Assembly (NCBI RefSeq): GCF_000315625.1
Contig: NW_005434652.1
Span: 293,132-357,131, forward strand
Reading direction: 5' to 3'
DNA from: Guillardia theta CCMP2712
Lineage: Eukaryota > Protista > Cryptophyta
DNA: 64,000 nucleotides
Both the position numbers and the translations under genes were made by a program. The notes beneath the pieces are model-generated. The model had not been told where the DNA came from, searched no databases, and saw nothing but the letters and a program-made list of their open reading frames with translations. Shown piece by piece: positions 34,190-46,627 of the stretch; the first letter of the stretch is position 1; each line of letters opens with the position of its first letter.

Positions 34190-37100
34190 CTATGAGTCAC
34201 TTCTCCAGGAGGATATGCAGCAATTTAGAATTACTGCTGCATTAGCTGCAAGGACAGATGTTATGGGAATGAATTGGAGATGGCTGAGAAGTACATTGAG
34301 GAGCCGTTTGATGTCATTGATCTTTTTCTCCCTTTCTTCACGAGCATGCAAGAAGGAGAAGTTCCTTTTCAATAGATCAGATGGAATAGCCGCAAATAAA
34401 GCACAATGCCTCTGCTCGTTGAGTTGAGGAGCTTCGGTCTTGTTTGTGGTTTCCTATAATAGGACGAGTAAATTCAAAATTTCATGCAGGAGAGCACGTG
34501 AACAAACCTTGTGCAGAGATGCAGGAATCGCTTCTAGAGGAGCAGAACGCTGCTGTGCCGGAGGAGAAAGCGACGGAGAGGCTTGAGGTCGACTTCTGCC
34601 GAAACCATGTCAGCATGTGAGCGAAGAAACGAACACGAGTGAGCTTGAGTTGCCTGATGTTGTCTTGTGAGCTTGCCGAATTCTCTTCTCCTCTTGTAGT
34701 CGACATCTCAGGGCGGGCCTGGCCGAACGACACCTTCCTTGCATGGTTGGTGTCTTTCGTGCCACCTGTTTCAACGAGTCAAGTGAGGTCAAGCACGTGA
34801 GGACGAGACCGTGAGAGAACTTCTCCAACAGCCTGCGAGCTTCTTCTTGTGCCTCCTGCAGCGGAAGACCGTCATCGCAACTCCATGAGGGCTCGTACAA
34901 CCATCGACTTGCGAACGACGTCAGGTTGAGGAGAGCGAGACGGGGAGGGCTGAGAGGAGACGGTGCGAGGAGCAGGCGGGGGAGCAGGACTTGAGTGTGG
35001 AGCCTCGTCGACTCGTCTCTCGCTCGCAGCTTCTCTCCTTATCGTCGTTGGCTGAGGACTTGTTTCCTCCTGGGACAGGGACTGTTGCTCTTGCGCTTTC
35101 ATGTGCGTCGTTCCGCTGTCCCGGTCAGCGACCTCAACTCGTTCGACAACTGCTGAGGAATCATCACAAGTCGGTAGAGATGACAAGGGAAAGAGCTGAC
35201 GTGCGCTTCGAGATTGCTTCAGCTGCTCAAACTCTTCCTTTGCTCGATGGAAGGAGGTCATGGCTACCACCATGTCATGGTCATCGTCAAGATTAAGCTC
35301 GATCACCTTCGTTGGCATGCCACTTGCTCTCCTCAACAAATTTCTTCACTCGTGCCATGGCGTCTTGGTGATTGTGATCTTTCTCTCTCCACGTCATGAG
35401 CATTTGCTTGCACTCTTCGGCGATCTGACACAATGAGAGTCATCTCATCAGCCGACTAGCAATCTCTTCAGTTTCACAATCAGCTCACCTTCTGTGCCTG
35501 AGACGACATTGCCATTGCTTGCTTACTCGTTGCCAGGCATGTTTGCACCATCCTGACAGTTTCTCATCTTCTCACGTTCAATCAGAAACATCAACTCACT
35601 TCTCGAGCTGATCGAACTCTTCTTCCGACCGACGGGCTTGTCGCGCAGGGGCTTCCACGTGTGGACTCTACAAACACAGCGACTCGTCAGTCACTAAACA
35701 GAACGTGGCTTATCCGCAACCTGATTGTCGGAAAGGTCCCGTTCATGATGCGAACTTTGTCTCGATCCTTCATCTTCCTTGCTCGAATCGTTTTCGTCCT
35801 CCTCCTCCTCTTCATGTCTCCTTGGCAACAACTCCGCCTTGTTCCTCTGCTTCAAACTCCTTCCTTGCGTTCTAGCATATTGCATCGATCCCGACGTTTC
35901 GTCCTCACGTGCATGGGCTGCGGGGCTCTCCTCGTCCCCTCGTGTACTCGCATGACTACCTCGCGCTGAAACCTCCTGCTCTTGGAACTTTTCTCTGACA
36001 TGGGAAGGAGTATGTTCATCGCTGTAGAGCTCTGTGTAGCGCATCATCGTATCTTCCATCCGGTTGCTGATCATGTCTTGACCTCTCGCCTGCTCGCCGA
36101 GGGTCTCTCCGTTACTTGGGTCTCTTCCTTTCCTAGGCTCGTTCCGCGAGGACTTGCGCGAGAGCAAATCGTCCACATAGTTCAACTGAAGACAATCATC
36201 AACGAGCAAATCCACCAGACTGGCCGCAGAATACAATCATCAAGAATTCTCTGAGAAAATTTCACAGGATGGATTGACAACCATCGGCATTTGAGAGATT
36301 CTCACAGCAACAACTACCATCATCACCAGTGACAACAAACACAAATTTCACGACGATCGCTCGATAAAATATGAGGCGTCAGGCCCAGCAGCCCCCACCT
36401 GCCTCTCAGCCTCATTTCTCAGCTTCGCGCTCTGCTCCAGAAGCTGCGAACTCATCCCCTTGTCCATCTTTCTCGAATACTCAGGGGAGAAGCGAGAGGA
36501 GGAGGTGCGTCCGTTGCTGCTGTCAGGTGAGGAGGACAGACGACAGGTCAAAGGGTTCACGTGTGTGCGAAGATGGACTTGTCTGCTGGTGAGAGGACTT
36601 GCGCAGCTGCGAGCTGAGAGCGTTTGGCTCTCTCGATGAGCGAGTCTGTAAAGGAATGAGGAATGGGAGGAAGAAGAGGAGGGAGGGAGGGAGGGGAGGA
36701 GGGAGGAAGGGAGGGAGGGAGGGAGGGGAGGAGGGAGGGAGGGGAGGAGGGAGGGAGGGAGGGAGGGAGGGAAGGGGGGAGGGGGGACGAAGGAAGGAGG
36801 AAGTTGGNNNNNNNNNNNNNNNNNNNNNNNNNNNNNNNNNNNNNNNNNNNNNNNNNNNNNNNNNNNNNNNNNNNNNNNNNNNNNNNNNNNNNNNNNNNNN
36901 NNNNNNNNNNNNNNNNNNNNNNNNNNNNNNNNNNNNNNNNNNNNNNNNNNNNNNNNNNNNNNNNNNNNNNNNNNNNNNNNNNNNNNNNNNNNNNNNNNNN
37001 NNNNNNNNNNNNNNNNNNNNNNNNNNNNNNNNNNNNNNNNNNNNNNNNNNNNNNNNNNNNNNNNNNNNNNNNNNNNNNNNNNNNNNNNNNNNNNNNNNNN

Positions 37101-38882
37101 NNNNNNNNNNNNNNNNNNNNNNNNNNNNNNNNNNNNNNNNNNNNNNNNNNNNNNNNNNNNNNNNNNNNNNNNNNNNNNNNNNNNNNNNNNNNNNNNNNNN
37201 NNNNNNNNNNNNNNNNNNNNNNNNNNNNNNNNNNNNNNNNNNNNNNNNNNNNNNNNNNNNNNNNNNNNNNNNNNNNNNNNNNNNNNNNNNNNNNNNNNNN
37301 NNNNNNNNNNNNNNNNNNNNNNNNNNNNNNNNNNNNNNNNNNNNNNNNNNNNNNNNNNNGGGAGGGGGCAAGAAGAGAATTGCAGGAGAGAATTGGGGGG
37401 AAATCGGGAGGGGAGGAAGATTATGCGGCGTAAAGGAAGACAAAAGGAAGGAATTAGCAGACCTGTTGCTTGTAAGAATTCTACATCTTTCCCTTCCTGT
37501 GAAATAGGAGTACAGTCACCCTACACATAGAGAAAGAGTGGTGATAGCGGCAAAGGCCAACGGCAGAGGATTATTGCAATCAAGAAGAGAAGAGTAATGG
37601 GCATGGTGAGGATCAATTAAGGATGAAGCTATGAAGCAAGGAGGAGATTGTAGATATGTGAGAAGGAGGCGTGGAGAGAGGAGTCGAAGGGAGCAGCAGG
37701 GACTCACTTGCTGTTCGTCTCCGCGCAAGGAGTCAGGAGAGTATGGGATGTTGCTAACATGATCCTTCAGCGACAGCCCCATCAGCACCACGACAAGTAC
37801 CTGGAGGATGAGCCTTCACCGGCAGGAGCATCCAGGTCCCGCCACAGCTCCTCCTTCTCCTCCTCACTTGTCCACTCCGTCCACCTCGCGTTCCTCGTCT
37901 CGAACTCATGTTTGTACCTCGACAGCATGTTGTCGAAACTCTCGGTCTTCCCCATGATGTCCTCTTGGCTTCTCTTCACGGCATTGAGCTCTGCCTCCAT
38001 CTGCCGTCTCATGTCTTCTGCTCTTGCCAGCATGCTTGCTCCTCTTTCCTCCCCTTCCCTCCTCTGCCTTGCACGGGGGTTATCATCCCCAAGGAGGTCC
38101 ATGCTAGAGCGATCCGACGGTGCGATGCACTCCACGCTGTCCTCTACCGAGAGATCGTGGCTGTTACACACAAGCACTCAGGATACGCAGGACCACAATT
38201 ACAAGAGCGAGGAGGAGGAGGAAGGAACAGAGATTACCTTCCCAGCATGGCTTCAAGTGCCCTCACTGCGTCACTTTTGTACAAGTTTCTGTTGTCTTCG
38301 TGGTGGTCACTCGAGCTGTGCGAGGGCTTTTGACCTCTACATCAAAGTCTCAGCAATTAGGATGGGATCGCTGTTGAGAGCAAAAGTTCTCCTCTCCTCA
38401 TCATGTTTACATGTTTACATGTTTACCTTTCTGCTGTCTTTTCACAAAGTCCCCTTGACGTGTATGCCCTCTTAACTTCATTCTATCCTCCGTCCCGCCA
38501 TCGTGACCATATTCTTGCCTCTCCTCACTTCCCTCACCACAGTCTCAGTGCCAACATCTGTCGCTAACTGAATGTCTTCATTTCTCCCCTGCAGTGCTAT
38601 GCTGTTGCTTCTTCTTATACATTCTCCCTCCCATCCTTCGCCTTTTCTCCATCAAAATCCTTACCTGGACATTTTCGAATCATCAAACATCACTCAATAA
38701 TTCTTCCAGTACCCAGATTGGTCAAGAGCGGGGATGAGGATAAGTAGCTTTTCTGAGGCGGGTCCACATACAAAGGCATTCAGCCAATCGACAGTAGGAA
38801 AGTATTTGATGCCTCTGCGAGGCGGATAGAATATGGACGAGGCGGGCTCGTAAATTGCTTGAATTGACTGGATGAGGCGCAT
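34190..38882 (-). CDS. One or more multi-exon low-complexity/coiled-coil hypothetical genes spanning an assembly gap
   Basis: Series of charged minus-strand frames (37782-38177, 35694-36236, 34872-35339) bounded by GT/AG signals. No domain recognised. Confidence 0.45.
36808..37359. other. Assembly gap
   Basis: Run of N flanked by GGAG-rich sequence. Confidence 1.
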
Positions 38883-39175
38883 GGCTACAGAAAGCGCCGT
38901 AGAGCCACAAGCGAGTGGGAGCGAGAAGGGGAGGAGGAGGAGGAGGAGGAGGAGGAGGAGGAGGAAGTTGAGGTAGATGTTGAGAAAGAGGAAGAGGAAG
39001 ACGAAAGTCAGAGAGACAAGGAGGATCAGATTGAACTCTATACGAGATGCAAGCAGGTAGCCATGACGAGGGGTAGAGAAATAGTGGAACCTTGATTGAA
39101 CTCAGTGAGGAATAAAAGCAGAGCAGGCGGAGCTTGAAGGTTTGTGTCTCTGACGTTGCTTTCATCTCAGCCTCA

Positions 39176-40768
39176 ATGAAGTGCCCGTCTATCGCTTGCC
39201 TTCTCCTCGCCTTCCTCGGAGCATGCCTGGTGAACCCGAAGTCAGCATTCCGATCCTCTGACATTTTCCCTTAGTGCAAAGAGCAAACGCAGGAGAAGGT
39301 CACGAATCTGAAGCTTGACAAGCAAGTAGAGTCAAAGTGAACCCTCCATGCTCGCACCATCGGCAGACTAGAGCTGACCAGGTCTTGTTCAGGTTTGTGG
39401 GGGATGAATCCAAGGTCTTCTGCTACTCGGCCCCGCAGTTCAATATCTGGAGGTCTTTCTGCGAAGTGAACTCATGTTCGACATGCGAGGGCACCTGCCT
39501 CTGAGTCTTCTGCAGGTGAAGATCTCTATCTCGAGCAACTCCAGAAAGCCGCCATCAGTTTTCAGCGCGTCGGAGGACGACATCCATGGGCTGATAGACC
39601 ATTACATCAAGGTTGCGCTGAGAAGCAAACTTAGTTCCTTTCTCATTCCCCTGGGCTGCAGAGCAAAGGAGAGGCAAAGGGGATAGAAGCTTTCGATGTC
39701 GTCAAGGTGAGAAAGGCCGGTGTCGTTGGTCAGTCTCTCAAGCTGCTACAGAGAGCACAGCTGAAAGCGAGGAGAAAGTCTCTTTTCTCTACCCCGTTTG
39801 AAATGCTGGCGCAATGGTACGCTATGCTGCTTATCCATGTACAGTGCCCTCCTCCAACCTCTCACCCCTTCTTCCTCGGCCCCCCATGCGCTCTTTCATA
39901 ATCTTCGTCTTATTTTCTCTCTCTCCATCATTCCCTCCCTCTTCTTGCCCTGCATGAGATATTGATAAGACGATGATGATTTCCAGCCCATCTATCCTCA
40001 ACCCTGACGCCAAGACATGCGAAAAGACTTTCTCGCCCTTCGGGAGGTGCCAGCAAGTTTGTTTCACGAGAGATGCTGACTTCCTATTAAGGTCTTGCAT
40101 CGTCGTATCCTTTGGGTCGGGGAAGTCAAACGATGAAACGAAAGTTGTTCGCGTCCGGGTGACGGCGAGCTGCACTAAGAGTCAGGTCACTATGTTCGCT
40201 GCTGGAATGCTCCTACTGGCCCTGTCGAGGCCGCTAGCAAAGAGCAAGGTCTTTCAGTATAGCAGTGGGATGCTCATTTCGATCACCATTGGCATGATGC
40301 TTCTTTTCATTTTCCTTCTCAACAAGATGAAAGTTCCAGGGTCGAAGACGATGAGCTTTCACCTCGCAGTCTATGCTGGATATGGATTCCTTGTCGTCAA
40401 GTTTGCGGCCAACATGTTCAAACAGATCTTGATCGAGTATTGGGAGCTCGTTCTTGGGTATTGCGCGTTGTTCGCGCTTTTGGGCATGATTGTTGTCTCG
40501 CGGTTTCGACGGCATGAGTCATCAAAACACGATTTTCGTGTCTGGGTCCTCTGGGTCATTCGTCTCGTAGGAATCCTCTGCATCTGCGGGTTTGGGACAA
40601 AATCTGGTTTGTTCAGCTCCGCCATGCTCATTATCATCATTTCGATGTATATTCTCGGTAGGATCGGGAAATTCTTCAAACCCAAAGGTGAGATGCGCTC
40701 TGTCTTGTCAAAGAAATGCTTCTAACACCTTGTATCCAGACAAGAGCAAAACGAGCAAGAGAGACTGA
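39176..40768 (+). CDS. NEMP (TMEM194) family nuclear envelope membrane protein (multi-exon)
   Basis: Signal peptide MKCPSIACLLLAFLGACL; KVFCYSAPQFNIW; FSPFG; TM block FAAGMLLLALSRPLAKSKVFQYSSG...YWELVLGY...WVIRLVG as in NEMP1/2. Confidence 0.75.
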
Positions 40769-40935
40769 AAAATGAACAAATGTCCAAGAAAACAAATCAC
40801 CAACAATCCCCGTCGACACGAGGAGACCCTATAATCGTGGAGCAAATTTTTAATAACAGTAACTATCAAAATACAAGAGTACTAACTAATGTGTAATGGT
40901 ACAGTAAATGCAACAGAAACACTCCTTGTTGTGCA

Positions 40936-41796
40936 CTAGAAGCTGAAAATTCCCCTTGCCATGAGACCCTTCATGTCGATATCAGAGTTCTCGCTGACGA
41001 ATATTTTCCACTCTTCCAAGAAGTTGAAGATGTTCTCAATGCTCTCAAGGTCCATCATCTGGATCCCTTCTCGCACGTAAAAGCTCCAATCCTGGGCAGG
41101 TCGCACGCATCCAGTCTGCCTTCCGTAGTTGGACCGCACTAGGACGTCGTACTCCCCGTTGGCCTCGAACTCGAACGCGAACCCGTCATCGAAGCTTGCA
41201 ACGATGCACTTCGACAAGCACTTCTTGACCAAGGCTCGAACAAAGCTTTCGTAATCCTCCTTCATGGATGTCGTTAGGAGGATTTCCGCACCACTGATCT
41301 CCATGATGTCCCCTTTTCTCAGCTTCTCGAATGACTCCTGGTAGTACCTCTGAAATTTCTCTTCTTCGAGCCACTTGTCTTTGAGAGCTGTTCCCAAGCT
41401 TCGGAAGTCATTCATGAAGAGCTTCAGGTCTTCTATCCTCTCCGAATCGGCTTTTAGAGAGAGGGCTGTGACGCTTTCAGATAGCTCTTGGATGTCTGCA
41501 GATGATGCCTCCTGATAGCTCTCATCAGACTCTGAGGTGAACGACTTGCTGCAAGACGAGATATCAAGATCACTTGGTTCAGTCTCCGTGTCAGAGTCGA
41601 TCCCGATGTCAAGATCATCGATGGTGGTTGTTCTATCTCGAGGAAATACGTCGTCTTGCAACAAATCCAGGTTCCTTTTTCTAGCATCGAGGTTGTTTTC
41701 ATGACATACATGTGGCGCTTTTCTCTCGATAACTTCAGTGACTCCAATGATCTCTAGGGGCTCATCCTTTGCCTCGACCATCTTGGATCCGCACAT
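40936..41796 (-). CDS. Intronless acidic hypothetical protein (~286 aa from first ATG)
   Basis: Long open frame with an acidic S/D/E N-terminal half and a globular-looking C-terminal half. No family recognised. Confidence 0.7.
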   Translation of the reverse strand: MCGSKMVEAKDEPLEIIGVTEVIERKAPHVCHENNLDARKRNLDLLQDDVFPRDRTTTIDDLDIGIDSDTETEPSDLDISSCSKSFTSESDESYQEASSADIQELSESVTALSLKADSERIEDLKLFMNDFRSLGTALKDKWLEEEKFQRYYQESFEKLRKGDIMEISGAEILLTTSMKEDYESFVRALVKKCLSKCIVASFDDGFAFEFEANGEYDVLVRSNYGRQTGCVRPAQDWSFYVREGIQMMDLESIENIFNFLEEWKIFVSENSDIDMKGLMARGIFSF

Positions 41797-42049
41797 TGCA
41801 ACGCTCCTGTCACGCGAGGGGTGCTTTGCAACAGACAACAGTTTTGAAATGGAAGTTGAAGGTTGGAGATGAGTGCAGCAACAGGCAGCAGAACGCACTC
41901 AAAGACGATGGGAGAAGAAGGAGAGAGCAAGGAGGGGTCGATAGGGGCTGAGGGTTCTGGGGGGAGGTGAAGGGAACTGCGGAGGGAAGAGCTTTCGAGC
42001 GGCAACTATGAAGGCGAACCAGGGGCTTGGCATACAAGAAATGAACTCT

Positions 42050-43460
42050 GCAGGGTGGGGTACAAAAGTACCGGGTGGTTTTATTCCAAAAAAATGGTAA
42101 ACATAGAGGGTCCTACGTTCTAAAGGGGTAATAAACTTTGCCCCTGAAGGGTGCAAAGAAAGGGGGTAGGTACTAAATCGAACTTCCGATTCCTCCTGCC
42201 GGTTGTGGGGTGATAAGAAGTAAGGGTGGGTGCTACTCTTGCAGGGTGCTAAAACCACAGGGTGGGGTAGCTTTATGAAGGGTAAGGGGGTCAAGGGGAA
42301 CATTAATTGTATTTCCTGGCGCTGATAGGAGAGAAAAATATAGTAGATGTCTCAATTGAAATGATATAGAGGAGTACCTGTATCTCAGTCCAAATGGTCT
42401 GTTCGAAATGTTGCGATCGGCTCATTGGGGTAAACAGAATTTGTTACTAAGGGTAGGGTGCTATTCATACTGTATGGGTAGGGGTAAGGAATTTGCAAAA
42501 AAAAGATTCAAGGTGGGTGATAAATTTGTCATGGACCAACCAACGGGTATGCATCGGTGAGTACGGGTACTTTTTACTGAAATTGAAACTGTAAATGAGG
42601 GTGATCAAACAGCAAGGTAGGGTACGTATCTGTGGTCCTGGGGGTGAGAGCCTTACACATATAAAAGGAATAAAAAGTGTATTTTAAAGGGGGGGACACC
42701 AAAACAGTTTTAATTCGTATAAGTAGATTTAAATGTATCCCACTGGACTACGTGTCAGCACCCTTCTTCGATTCTCAAACGTCCACCACCGGTGGTGTAA
42801 TCGACCTAAAAGGGTGTGCCCAGTCACGGCGAGGGCGGGGTTTAAAAGGTGGGGTACTTTGAAGTTCTATGAAGGGGTTATCAAAGGGCAAGTCGAGCAA
42901 TTCTTGACGACGTTTCGTCGGAATCCTGAGCGATTTTTTTCACAGTTATCGATGACAAGATTCCTGTCAGCGTCGAAATGAATCGTTGCCATTTGACTCA
43001 CACCCACCCAGCCCTTCGAGAAGATTCCCTAGAAAAGGTGGGTAGTTTAAAGGGAGTTCTATGGGTGGTGAGTCGGCTTCATCGCTTATACCTTGGAATG
43101 GGATTCTAGAATGCATTGTAACAAGTAGTAAGGATATCCCAAGGTTTAGTCAACACAATGAAGGGATCTTGCATTACCATATAGAGTTACTCAACTAAAA
43201 TCACAGCCAGTATATCAAAATGTTTCAGAGGTCTGGGTGGTGCATTTGTAGCAGTCGCTATTCCGTCACAGACTCCACCTTCTTGGCCTCCTGGTTACTC
43301 ACACTAATACCCCTACCCGCAATTCAAGGCGACAATGACCACCCCCTTGTATATCTCCAACCAGGCAAGTCCGTTTACACCTCCAAAAGACACCGCGTGA
43401 TCTCTAACTTCCGTTCGCCTGACCACACTTGGCTCGGACCCTACCCGGATGATGTTGTCT
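42050..43460. other. GGGTA/TACCC-rich tract upstream of the 41796 gene
   Basis: Same texture as 581-1630 and 52500-54840. Confidence 0.55.
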
Positions 43461-43820
43461 CTAGAATTCTACCGGTGGTCTGCAAGGCATAACTACTAGT
43501 CGCCCCCAACGGCGTGACGGTCGGACTGCACTCTGGCAGCGGCGGCGGCGCCGCCGTCCGGCGACAGTCACCGACGGTCGCAGGGGCGGGGCCGCTGGGG
43601 GCCGCCGAACTTCAAGTGAAGCCTTCCGCCGCCGCGCCGACTGACTGCCTCGGAGCGGCTGTTCAGCCCGGAGTGATGAGTCAGGCTTGACACTGTCACT
43701 GTGGCACCGCAGTCGGAGGCTCGAGGCGCGGCCCGCTCGGCCGGGCCCTGGCGCCGTCGCCGGCCTCTGAGGCTCGCCGCCGGGACCGGGCCCGCCGAGT
43801 CCGGGCCGGGCAGCGGCGGC

Positions 43821-44319
43821 TATTGGAATCAATTCGTGACTCCTAGAGTCTGTGCACAGATAAATGACTAGTAGAACAGCTCAACAGCTGACTGATAAGC
43901 CAAAGACCAAGACTCACAGATGATGTGCGCACGAAGACACCAATGACAGTTTCACAGCCAACCAAACACCTCAGGTAACTCAGATCAACTTCCCCAACAA
44001 TCTCCAGCACTTTATTCCCAACACTCGTAGCAGCAAGACCAACCAAACAGCTTCCCTTCACACACCACCGCCGTACTCCCACCACTGTACGAGTGCTGCC
44101 TCGGAAGTTCGACAGCCGGCGCCTCTTGATTCCTCCGGCGCCGCCTCAGCTTCCCCAGGCCGCCCAACCAACCGGATCTTCTAAGTCACAGACTAAGCTC
44201 CAGCCCACTAGCTTGGACCTGCAGGCTTCACTTGGTTCACAACCTGATTAGACGCATCCCTTGAACTTATCGCGTCTGAAAGAACTTCTGAGAGGTTTGT
44301 CAGAACCCAAGTTCTTACA
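43821..44319. mobile_element. Probable solo LTR (499 bp) inserted in a CpG-rich island
   Basis: Abrupt composition change. Termini TATTGG...CTTACA (TGTAAG...CCAATA on the minus strand). GCGGC(GGC) directly repeated on both flanks. Confidence 0.6.
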
Positions 44320-44944
44320 GCGGCGGCGACGGCCGCCCCGGCGGGACCGAAGTTACTGAAGTTCAGTTCTCGGACAGCGGCTCGCCGACCGCGCCCGTGA
44401 CACGGTACGGCGGCGGTCACCGGGGCGGGCGGACTCAGCACTCGTCGGAGCCAGGCTAGCCCCGGCCGCCCCCGGGCCCGGGGCCTACTATGCTACCGTG
44501 AGGCTAGTTGTAGGCTCAGGTGACCGGCCGGGCCGCGCGGCGCGGCGGGCCGGGCCGGGCTGCCCGCCGGCGCGGCGACGGTCCCGGCCGCCGCGGAGGC
44601 AGTTTCCGTCGGAAGTTCGGCAGCCGATGGCGCGTGTGTCGGACCATGTGCCGTGCCGCCCCGGCCGGGCCGTACTGGCCAGTGGTGCCCCGGGCCACGG
44701 TGTGACATGCGGCCGGGTGACACACCAGTGCTGAGTGTCCGACGTCGCGGCCCGGCCGCCCTGGGCCCGCCCGGGCCCCGCAGCCCACCACTGATGGACC
44801 CAAAGATGGACCCCTACCCTCCCGTTATTTATTTCTGATTGTCGGGTACCCCATCAAATCTCAATTAAAGGAAAGCTGCAGGCCGGTAGGAAGTGTAGGT
44901 ACCCTACCCCCTCTTATTGATCTGCCACAGTGGCACTTCGCACA

Positions 44945-46513
44945 ATGGTGCGATTGCCGTGGGTGTTTGGAAGCTTGGCGGTAGCGCTGATGATGGTGAT
45001 GGTGATGGTTACGATGGAAGATGGTTCCACTGTGTTGTCTCAGAAGAAGCAGGAGAAGAACAACAAGTACACTGAGGAGCTTTCATCCTTAGCTAGATCG
45101 GCTGAGCCTGGAAGGAAACATGCTCTGGCGCAGCTGGATCGGCTGCAGAAGCGAAGTGGATTCGACTCAGTCCGCGATGCGAGATCAAAGCACAAGGTTC
45201 CTCGTGCACTCCAGGAGATGGAGTCCCTAGCTAAGCGCAAGTCAGGCTACAGTAGTGACTCGGGGTCAGGGGCTGCGGCCCTTGGCAAGTTGGAGCGAAG
45301 CCATGGCATCCAAAGCTCCAAGAAGATGTTGGCAGAGATCATGAGCTTTCGCCATTACAAGCAGAGCAACAATGAGATCAACGAGCTAGCCAACGGCTTC
45401 GAGTCTCACTCCAGCCTATCCCACAGGCTGAGGAGCAGCATCAACATGCGCAAGGCAAGGATGGCGAGGGCTCACCTGAGCGAGAAGAAGAGGCATGAGG
45501 CGTCGGCCCTCAGGTTGGAGGCTGGGAGGCTGTCGAGGAGGAGAATGCTCAGGAGTACAGCCGAAAGAGCCTCCAGGAAGATTGGAGCAGCCCTGACGCA
45601 AACATTCAAGCCAATTCAGTCGATGCTACACAGGGATGAGATAACGTTGGACGACATGCTGTCGAAGAGGAAGTTGAAGCAAGTCCAAGACTCCATTGTT
45701 TCCTCCGCAGCAGATTCTGTCAACTCAGCTCTGAAGCAGGCGATGAAGAAGGAGGTCGAGCGCGTGGTGCGGAAGAAGGAGCTAGAGATGAAGCACAAGA
45801 GCAAGGAGTACCTGACTGAAGTGCACAAGAAGGCTAAGGCTGCCTTGAGCTCAGTGACAGACCTGGATCCGGACAGCATCTCCACGAAGCTTGAGAAGAA
45901 GACGTCTCAGAAGCAGTCGTCCTCTCAACCCTGGAGTGCCAAGGTCGAGAGCTTCTTGCAAAGCACCGACCAGTTCATCCACAGCATCGCTGCTGATGGC
46001 GCTTGGGCGCTGGGAACCACGGGCAATGAGCTCAACAAAGGGAAGGTGCAGAAGGATGCGGCAGCGGGGAAGAAGAGCAGCAAGAGCGTGTCGGAGGACG
46101 ACGTGATCGAGGCCACCAAGTCTCACCTTGAGCAAGAGTTGCGATCGGCACGAGCCATTGCGAATCATGGAAAACTCCCGGCAAGTTACTGTTGTTCCCT
46201 CTCACACTGCTCCTCCTCTTACTGTTCCGCCTCCTACTGCCGCTCCTCCTCCCACACTCACTCATCCCCTTGCTGCTGCTGCTGTCCAACACCAGGAGGA
46301 ATGTGACACACAGTGCAGACTGGATCGAGGGGAAGGAAGCAAGATAGAATTGGACAAGCTGCTGGAAGCTTGTCTAACACAGCAAAGAAGGTCAGTACGA
46401 AATCATTGTCTAGCCCTCTCTTTATTATCGTTCCACTGACGATAATTGATGGACAGCACATGAGCAAACAGGATAAGGATGCTTTCCGACGTGCGCTGAA
46501 CTCATACTTGTAA
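44945..46513 (+). CDS. Hypothetical type II membrane/secreted basic helical protein (3' exons approximate)
   Basis: About 1.2-kb first exon with N-terminal hydrophobic anchor VFGSLAVALMMVMVMV and K/S/A-rich helical body. Probable last exon HMSKQDKDAFRRALNSYL*. Confidence 0.7.
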
Positions 46514-46627
46514 ACTGATGGACATGATTGTGATTGTAAATAAAACACTGCCTTTGGCATGATGTGATCCTCCAACGGTCAGACAGGATAGTTGATGTTT
46601 TCAGGAGAGTTTATTGCTATGATGCTA

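Noticed and set aside
36523-37507. Long ORFs in the track
   Set aside because: Artefacts of translating through the N gap and GGAG repeats.
38722-39264. 180-aa minus-strand ORF as a gene start
   Set aside because: Its 5' part is antisense to the NEMP signal-peptide exon and it runs through a (CCT)n repeat.
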